A stretch of 26,543 nt of DNA from a virus (Duplodnaviria > Caudoviricetes): IMG/VR virus record IMGVR_UViG_3300020416_001439, positions 1 through 26,543 of that record. One strand, written 5' to 3'. This document shows positions 13,701 through 17,275 of this stretch, piece by piece. The translations under genes were made by a program, and so were the position numbers. The notes beneath the pieces were generated by a model. That model worked only from the letters and a program-made list of their open reading frames with translations. It had not been told where the DNA came from and made no database searches. Position 1 is the stretch's first letter; each line of letters opens with the position of its first letter.

Positions 13701-16700
13701 TGAGTCCACTAGTTTCTTGGACTCCACAATTAACAGGTACAAGCTATGATCCAGTAACTGGATTGATGGTACTTGAAATAGGAACCCATACTTTAAAATC
13801 TGGTGAGAGAGTTAGATTGGATCCATTATCATTGAAGTTTAGTTGTGGATTTGGTGGTGCTACTGGTACTGCTGCTGAAAAATCTTATCCAAGATCAACT
13901 GACCCTTATTATAATACTGCTATTCCAATTCAGTCAGTAACAGATACTTCTATTACATTACAAGTATTGACTACTGTACCTTCAACAAATACAGATCCTC
14001 ATACTTTTGTAAGTGCTACTGCTGGTGCTGTTAAGTCTGGTGGTTTCTATCCACATACTTATGTTTCATCTATAGCAAAGGGTGTGAGAGCAACAAAATC
14101 AATGAAGATTGATACCAATTCACTAACCTTTAAGTGTTCTAAAGATAACTTTATTGGAAATCATACTTATCCAAGAACAACTGATCCAGCATATGATACA
14201 TTCTTACCTATTACTGGTGCTTCACAGAATACATTATTAACTAATATTGGACCTGGTGGTGGAGCAGGAACTGGAGCAGTTGTAACTGCAATGGTAGCAC
14301 CAAACAGACATAGGTTTGTAAATGCTATTGGAACACACAAATATGTTGATTCTATAAGTGATGCTGTTACTATTGCTGGTGTTAAGAGAGATGTTAGTAA
14401 TGCTGTTTATACTCCAAGTACAGGAGACTTCACATTAACAATCGGTAATCATAGTTTCACTACTAGTGATACAGTAACTATTGCTCCCAAAGCAATAATC
14501 ATGACATGTGATGCTGATTCTCATGGATCAAATCATGCTTATCCAAGACCAAGTGATCCAGCATATAATACTGCTTTAGCAATTACAGCAGTAACTGCTC
14601 AAAAGATTACATGTAATGTTGGAAAACCCATACAAATAGAGAGCGTAGTTGCTGATGTTGGTGGACCATTTACTGCTAATACTGCTGATTATGATCCTAA
14701 GTCTGGTATCATGACGGTAACTACTGCTGCTGTTCATGGATTTACTGCTTCAGATACTTTATCTACAAATAACGCAATATATGATCCAAGAGCTGGTATT
14801 TGTACCATAACTACAACCACTAATCATGGATTCTCTACTGGTGATTGGGTTAAGATAGAAGATAATTCTATAATCTTTGAGTGTTCTGAGGACAATTATG
14901 CTACTAAGCATTCTTATCCAAGAAAGACTGATCCTTTATCTAACAAGTGGGTTCAAATTACAATTGACGGTGCTGATAAATTTGAAATTCAAGCATTATC
15001 AACACTACCTTCTACAAATATTTCAGCACATCAATATGCTGATTCTATAGCAAATAATATTCAGAGAGCAAATAATAGAGTTAAATTTGCTACTGGATCA
15101 TTAACATTCCAGTGTAACAAAGATCAGTACTCCACAAATCATGCTTATCCAAGGACAACTGATCCATATTATGATACATTTATTGGTGTAGAGAGTATTG
15201 TTTCTACTAAGAAGTTTACTGTAAATGTTGGTAAATCTCCTGCTGGTACTGGTGGTGCTTTAGAATTTACTATTGTGAATGGTGGATCTGGATATGTAAA
15301 TCCAGAAATAATGGTTCCTCAACCAGTTTATGAAGATATGCCAATAGTTGGTGTTTCTAGATTGGGTATTGGTAAGACTACAGATACTGGTAAAAACTTA
15401 CTACTTAATTTACAAGTAGGATCTGCTTCAACTGCTGTTGGTATAGGATCAACATTATTTGAGATATCTGATTTTGCTATATCAAGAGCAGGACATTCAT
15501 TCAAAGTTGGTGATAGATTTAAACCAGAAGGATTAGTAACATCTTCTGAATTACAAGAACCTATTAAAGAATTTGAACTTGAAGTTGTTGAAATCTTTAA
15601 TGACTACTTCTCTGCTTGGCAATTTGGTGAAATAGATTTTATTGATAATATTGAAAACCTTCAAAATGGTATTAGAAGGAGATTCCCACTATTCTTCAAT
15701 GGACAATTATTGAGTTTTGAAACTGATGAAAATGATTCAATATCTTCTGATATTGATTTAAATGCTGTATTGCTTATCTTTGTTAATGGTGTTATTCAAA
15801 CACCTGGTATTGCTTATCAGTTTGAAGGTGGTGCAACATTTACCTTTACGGAAGCACCAGATACTGGGGATAAAGTTGATATATTCTTCTATCTTGGACA
15901 AAGGGGTATTGATGTTGAAATTATTGATATTCAAGAAACAATAAAACCAGGTGATGATATTAGATTACTTCGTTATGTTCCTGGTAGGGAAGATCAGAAT
16001 AGAAATAGAACAGTTAAAGAAATATTATCTTCAGATATACTTGAAACTGATATTTACACTGGTCCAGGTATTGATAGTTTAGATGACTTTATATGGAGAC
16101 CTGTTGATTGGGAGAAACAGAAGGTTGACAAAATTATTGAAGGTAGTTTAGTAAGTAAAGATAGAGAATCTATTGAACCTTGTGTTTATCCAACAGCAAA
16201 GGTTATCTCAGATGTTAAAATTGATTCTGGTATAGGTCTTGATCTACAGGATGGAATATTTGTAGATGATGCTGAAATTTTCTTCTATGAAGAAGGTCCA
16301 CTTCGTATTCCTAGTTCTGAGCGTTATGGTATTACAGTGGATGCTGTAGACAGTATCTTAATGCCAGCACCTGCGGATCAATCTCCTGCCGACGTTACTT
16401 TAGTTTTGGGTAATAATGTTGGTACTGGAAATACAGAGGTCACCTCATATACAATTGCTGATAATGGTAAAGGATATTTAACTACTCCTACTGTTAGGAT
16501 AGCAAATCCACCAGAAGTTGGTGTTGGTATTGGATCTACTGCTACTGCTACAGCAACACTTACAAATGGATCTCTAACAGGATTAACAATTACTAGCTCT
16601 GGATATGGATATTCAGTAGCACCTCAAGTAATAATTGAAAATCCAGTGTATAAGACTGAAGATGTTAATCTTATCAAGTATGGACAGGGATTTACTGGTA

Positions 16701-17242
16701 TTATTACTGGTATAGGAACTGCTACTGGATCTGGTGGTCATCCACTTGCTCTTGAGTTCTTCTTTAACGTAACTGATGGTAAGCAAGCAAGTTTACTTCA
16801 GGCAGGATATCCAATTCTAGTTAAAGAAACATCTATTGGTGATGGTGTTACTTCTGTTGACAGTCATGATACTTCAGTTGTTGGTGTTGGTACAACTTTC
16901 TTAGATAACATCTATAAGGTTCATTCAATAACTGTTGCTGGAGATAAGGTTGCTAAAGTTAAGTGTAATATACTTAGCACAACAAACCATGTAGGTTTAG
17001 CATCTACTGGTCAATATTTGAATTCAAATACTGGAATAACAACTTGCTTGGGTAAACTTACTTGGGGAAGATTGTATGGAGACACTACAACTAGAGAAGC
17101 AAGTCCAATTTCAATTGGTGTAACTGGACTTACTATTGATTCTGGTTTATCTACATTCCCAACAATTCAGAGAAGAAATAACACATTAGGTTCTCTCAAG
17201 GGATTGAGGAATACAGGTGCTATTAGATTACAAGTATTATAA
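1712..17242 (+). CDS. gp7: Giant baseplate wedge initiator gp7-like protein (5176 aa) with many inserted beta-rich modules
   Basis: Single uninterrupted ORF between gp6 and gp8. N-terminal IESQLPEFV, FYQSKG..SIRILFKVLYG (~2327) and VNRLIHPAGLKNF (~9185) motifs resemble gp7 of T4-like cyanophages. The sequence is G/T/S/N-rich as expected for a structural protein. Confidence 0.85.
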   Translation: MSIEFEKRVQVNRIIESQLPEFVVADFPLAVDLLKTYYTSQEYQGGPSDILDNIDRYIKVDNLIPEVIAGTTTLSKDVLITDTVIEVTTTSGFPSSYGLLKIGSEIITYTGKTDTTFTGCIRGFSGISGYTVGITESLDHVNRESLIFEDTSASGHNNTDTVTNLSVLFLQEFFKKIKRTFLPGLEDNKFADGIDVGNFIKNARSFYQSKGIAESIRILFKVLYGVEAEVIDLEERLVKPSSAEYIRREVIIADLLNGDAQNLVGQTIFKSTDLGTNASVSEVEVLTRNDKTYYKLSLFVGFNDKDLIEGTFTIPGKTKVMENTTSGSSIVSVDSTIGFEQTGDFTVEYLDGKVGVVTYTSKTINQFLGCSTVTGNIGISSDLRSTETIFGYENGDLGKRVDLRITGVLSEFVPESDIALISEGQEIYVKNVGEYIQNPSETTQSYKQIFANSWIYNTSARYEINGSINSGTTSFTFLSSIDKSSLKVGDSFDIIRRGSNDRIGGGIVKRIDGEFTFTGEGVNFITGEPHSSVFYDIRRNLKKASYNTGNTDGIELSDGNNKVIGDTLNVYVEGNKFGYAASNSLSSREINQEPLKGSIPNGAPPNIQTGIIDALTGIERDFTEIKFADKVKFRTGDSIVYTSTKPLLGLVSGTSYFVKSDSTEKVIRLYDTINAIQRDAAKEFNPPADPNATHEFTLKDHYNRKLVINPVLRKFPLNQDLNIPSKDEQPTKNIGLLINGVQLRSNTKSDYVTYGPIDSVEVYNSGTGYDVANPPKIVVGSANTFTKPDGTVGIGTTALVEPVIKGSVKEILVDPQDFDIDKVSSVKLTGGNGKDCFLQPVVGPRFREVEFDSRDIFFSGGLDVQEETITFKSEHNFVDGQLIYYNKNGQDAIGITPFKSASTTVTEYLVNGAPYYVKVINPSRIRLFKRPEEATFGVAGINTIGFSTATTAAGIHKFRTESKNTLNSVKVINPGYDYQYRKLPVSPSGISSSYDTINYKNHGFRDGDIVEYSTDGTTIEGLNTSLAYHVIKIDADSFRLAESNADGSLQTDFKRGKFVDLKSTGSGYQIFKYPDIKIEVSVSFASTATGSYDGKITPIITGEIIDAYTYENGSNYGSDIINHIVKPDVEIQNGKGAEIKPFIDDGKVLDIIVLNHGEEYNSLPTIKLEGPSGTGAILKPIISNGKLDDVVVINTGIGYSSTDTNAYVEARGKNGLLSPKIRVLEIDDVQKRNTNIHLESNGTDGLFYEVKAYDQEIRQEFNDFGVDANTGIGTHSPIIGWAYDGNPIYGAFGYSNPTNIGQVKRLKSGYVKDNTWYDRPDQPSGYFLDDYTFDNSGDLDEHNGRFGKTPEFPNGVYAYFATLDDNEKPQYPYFIGKTYRSPFISDNISLNQTFDFNNSTLSRNTLPYKVNDRYADNDFIIESNEISKQKSIIESVTRGVVDEFQILDGGDNYKVGDFTSFDNEGTSGSGARGQVDSIVGIGVSNIKTELTTFENATFVWKDDQTVEASFLPKIELNDQDTVLVSGLSTANYKLNNSFKVGINTDTIGLAKTMTVNNNPNGKTEDIYVNIIPNTVSVGGSLRVGDETLKVLNLYGLEKIIRVQRYGTGIGHTYSSEIDVLNNRISIPVKSQYFDSKVDDLVYMNTNQSVGLGTTCGSIIDYTYGEIVNTINVAQQSIYLPNHPFHNGQKIIFSKPLTATSLLVSRDDDASNQFYIPDQTAGFSELYVVDKGTDYIGLATNVGAANTESGLFFFGNGDNNFEYLLKSDHKKLTGNIDRVVSTVTTQVALANTTTHGLAVGDIIDFEVLPNVAVGIGSTAPLTVSFNEEHQKLLINEISFNATDVVTSTNRITVTDHGYKTGDKVFYDNKEIIGNSSLIAGLSVGSYYVHVIDSNTINLCETYSDSIALIPNVIDFTSQGNNQHKLSLINPQITVVKNSNLTFGVGSTSLENYNLKFFYDKEFKNEFVNATSYNPLESVVSTFSVSGVGTIGVGTFSSSPLVGAAVSIGFSTSVPSVLYYALEKSGYISTADKGVHNYSKIKFVDSSYHGEFKVFDVDDETFKISPRSVPEVLEYHADQCDVLEYSSKSGNISGPIKSIKVISEGFSYKSVPGFTSVTSIAGENANIVALSTSIGRINNLRIVDYGFEYSADKTLRPEAYISPIIRIDNLDVIESINVIGPGAEYLSAPDVILFNPESKEVVDTTSLIATVPNQGISEIKVIAPIKGLDSVNHRVITINNSNGIGIVSMTTEGTVARCVMETPINGYDVPPFAPGDEIFVEGILMGWESGIGTQTSSTAGISTEGTGYNSEDYDYQFLKVKSYDSSNPDVLKFDLVGLTTNPGIAKTYQTGYANIVNRKNYPVFETDQKRAEFTVSENILVSRGSQFTKGDLTITETRDDYIKVDGLDHLRLGDRIAGESSGTSATVVGIDNQYAKFNIDYSNRQDYGWVDNIGKLSEDFQVTPNNDYFQNLSYSIKSEKTWDDFVDPVNRLIHPAGLKNFADTIVETTLVGVGIGSTFFTTPTIVLDVVGERRVDTINDFDLGIDFEPREVGNSRDSKFVDFQNAKLTDYSKCKTNRVLIHDDISGRFSSKGVQDLFTEIEELNTNFARYLVQVIDADTFDIQLSDLIVLTSTENAYLIEKSTDYSSMKMGDFSADVDYFKRKTLQFTPTDKFDKDHDIKLIKTTFNTDTVVNGKKEFGSVDLIGKNVSVGSGRTMFSATISGTTLTTTDFDLLGLKHINGLPTTKSLVGIGTTVTGLGLIKDTQGNELTEIVSIDSSTTATIKINPDTTPNAPTVPSTYTTPVTGQFGFINTPYFVNNGAGGVIPVPVPIGVSTSSIIEFSNTDCNAFYASVVAKDDVTGELDYTEAIVNVDGSDVTISQLYADLTQTSLSNTTTGTVGILTASYDSNTIKFDCINERYSTLKLSTSIVGLGSTSAGIGTYRFNVSGQPEGGERTARYESTYNTTSVGTGVTVASINRSINSAVKSIIKVRQGAEFAIHQPILIHDQNNDAITVQYPHIGSVSGLGTFGSETDTQNVNLVFYPDNTGLVEVQSYNEVFYTINDFANEPDILQYGSVTNDILLTTYDGVNGTRGNKVNFNLTYQGIPIYVKKFNPTDTTRVITDVGAGTTFAIPNHFYNTNEELTYTPESTFIGVSPVSVGIAATTDSEGNVVTTMPSKVFVKAGGADKFQLFSRKEYIATGNPITITSNGSGNAHKLEMTKKLSKTVIGLDGIVQQPITYTSIKHTLPSNIGIGISQFALSGISSVQPRDVLNIGNEYMKVEQVGFATEVDATINSIEDWASIPVVRVKRGSLGIDASTHSAGDEVRIHRGSFNIVDSTAWFLDPPKGNTRTRRNATNIPYVRAEFSGRTFLRSNYDTNMVFDDISDSFTGIGKTYTVTVGGANTVSGVGVGNGILFINGVFQTPLTLNNLGNNYEIEGNATAGISSVTFTGISSENGQKIESEFDINQNQLPRGGLIVSMGSSTGLGYAPLVGARVLANSTNGVIDSVVSIASSIGPIGSGIETAHYDHVTGIMTVTTNKVHGFALESPETVKLEDFNFTCPTYTIGQPTANTTYDPATGDMVVEIAGHGLSNGDSIKLKEESITFSCGFGGATGTAAQKSYPRKTDPAYDRYMYISDVTTDTFKVNVLFGVTPTNTDAHTFVSATADSVQSLNYVGVTTSVFQDHERPLQLVGVTSERSFQVNVGINSIPHTYLMGGDVYAFYDELTPGSGYREPVSIGVTDINYLHKFVSATTDAITAYTGSFMGQSLNPTLADYNSETGSLLFTTEVHGIPEPVDLDINDAKYDARVGILTAYAGTNFNVSDATYDPTTGNMVLEIGDHDVDTNNKVKIAPNSITFSCGYGGATGAAAQKSYPRSSGTGNAGGGADPAYDTYLNVIAVDKVAGTITVKVLTTTPSTNTDPHLFVSATDGCVFVPRIFTNNEQVKFVDGAITFKCDMDGNTTEHPYPRLSDPARDKWLLVSQANNNKFEVQVGMSPLVSWTPQLTGTSYDPVTGLMVLEIGTHTLKSGERVRLDPLSLKFSCGFGGATGTAAEKSYPRSTDPYYNTAIPIQSVTDTSITLQVLTTVPSTNTDPHTFVSATAGAVKSGGFYPHTYVSSIAKGVRATKSMKIDTNSLTFKCSKDNFIGNHTYPRTTDPAYDTFLPITGASQNTLLTNIGPGGGAGTGAVVTAMVAPNRHRFVNAIGTHKYVDSISDAVTIAGVKRDVSNAVYTPSTGDFTLTIGNHSFTTSDTVTIAPKAIIMTCDADSHGSNHAYPRPSDPAYNTALAITAVTAQKITCNVGKPIQIESVVADVGGPFTANTADYDPKSGIMTVTTAAVHGFTASDTLSTNNAIYDPRAGICTITTTTNHGFSTGDWVKIEDNSIIFECSEDNYATKHSYPRKTDPLSNKWVQITIDGADKFEIQALSTLPSTNISAHQYADSIANNIQRANNRVKFATGSLTFQCNKDQYSTNHAYPRTTDPYYDTFIGVESIVSTKKFTVNVGKSPAGTGGALEFTIVNGGSGYVNPEIMVPQPVYEDMPIVGVSRLGIGKTTDTGKNLLLNLQVGSASTAVGIGSTLFEISDFAISRAGHSFKVGDRFKPEGLVTSSELQEPIKEFELEVVEIFNDYFSAWQFGEIDFIDNIENLQNGIRRRFPLFFNGQLLSFETDENDSISSDIDLNAVLLIFVNGVIQTPGIAYQFEGGATFTFTEAPDTGDKVDIFFYLGQRGIDVEIIDIQETIKPGDDIRLLRYVPGREDQNRNRTVKEILSSDILETDIYTGPGIDSLDDFIWRPVDWEKQKVDKIIEGSLVSKDRESIEPCVYPTAKVISDVKIDSGIGLDLQDGIFVDDAEIFFYEEGPLRIPSSERYGITVDAVDSILMPAPADQSPADVTLVLGNNVGTGNTEVTSYTIADNGKGYLTTPTVRIANPPEVGVGIGSTATATATLTNGSLTGLTITSSGYGYSVAPQVIIENPVYKTEDVNLIKYGQGFTGIITGIGTATGSGGHPLALEFFFNVTDGKQASLLQAGYPILVKETSIGDGVTSVDSHDTSVVGVGTTFLDNIYKVHSITVAGDKVAKVKCNILSTTNHVGLASTGQYLNSNTGITTCLGKLTWGRLYGDTTTREASPISIGVTGLTIDSGLSTFPTIQRRNNTLGSLKGLRNTGAIRLQVL
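5534..5839 (+). other. YHYH-like domain segment within gp7
   Basis: HSPIIGWAYDGNPIYGAFGY...GDLDEHNGRFGKTPEFPNGVYAYFAT...YPYFIG matches the C-terminal half of the YHYH protein family as I recall it. Confidence 0.75.
12530..12568 (+). repeat. 39-nt direct repeat, copy 1 (FSCGFGGATGTAA)
   Basis: tttagttgtggatttggtggtgctactggtactgctgct, identical to 13838-13876. Confidence 0.95.
13289..13327 (+). repeat. 39-nt direct repeat, copy 2 (35/39 identical)
   Basis: tttagttgtggatacggtggtgctactggtgctgctgcc, four mismatches to copies 1 and 3. Confidence 0.9.
13838..13876 (+). repeat. 39-nt direct repeat, copy 3
   Basis: Exact match to 12530-12568, 1308 nt downstream and in frame. Confidence 0.95.
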
Positions 17243-17246
17243 TCAC

Positions 17247-17254
17247 TATAAATA
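17247..17254 (+). promoter_or_regulatory. T4-type late promoter (gp55 sigma), TATAAATA
   Basis: Exact consensus in the only real intergenic gap (33 nt, 17243-17275), 21 nt before the gp8 ATG. Confidence 0.88.
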
Positions 17255-17275
17255 AACAATAAAAGTATATTTAAG

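Larger units (their letters stand above)
12281..15241 (+). repeat. Intragenic array of nine related ~100-aa modules (YDP.TG...H...F.C...YPR..DP...H.FVSA), nested rather than tandem
   Basis: Eight YPR...DP motifs (KSYPRKTDP, KSYPRSSG..ADP, HPYPRLSDP, KSYPRSTDP, HTYPRTTDP, HAYPRPSDP, HSYPRKTDP, HAYPRTTDP) plus one more divergent host module, read from the gp7 translation (aa ~3524-4510). Confidence 0.9.

Noticed and set aside
12530-13876. Diversity-generating retroelement TR/VR pair or CRISPR-like array suggested by the 39-nt repeats
   Set aside because: Repeats are in-frame coding sequence, spaced irregularly by hundreds of nt, mismatches are not adenine-specific, and there is no reverse transcriptase or cas gene in the window.
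15762-15944. 60-aa alternative-frame + ORF
   Set aside because: Leu-rich off-frame read-through caused by T-ending codons in gp7, with no supporting signals.
1712-17242. Intein, intron or homing endonuclease as the cause of gp7 size
   Set aside because: No intein splice-junction blocks or LAGLIDADG, HNH or GIY-YIG motifs were seen. The extra length is accounted for by beta-rich structural modules.
17191-17275. Rho-independent terminator between gp7 and gp8
   Set aside because: The only hairpin lies inside the coding sequence and lacks a U-tract, and the intergenic gap holds only the late promoter.
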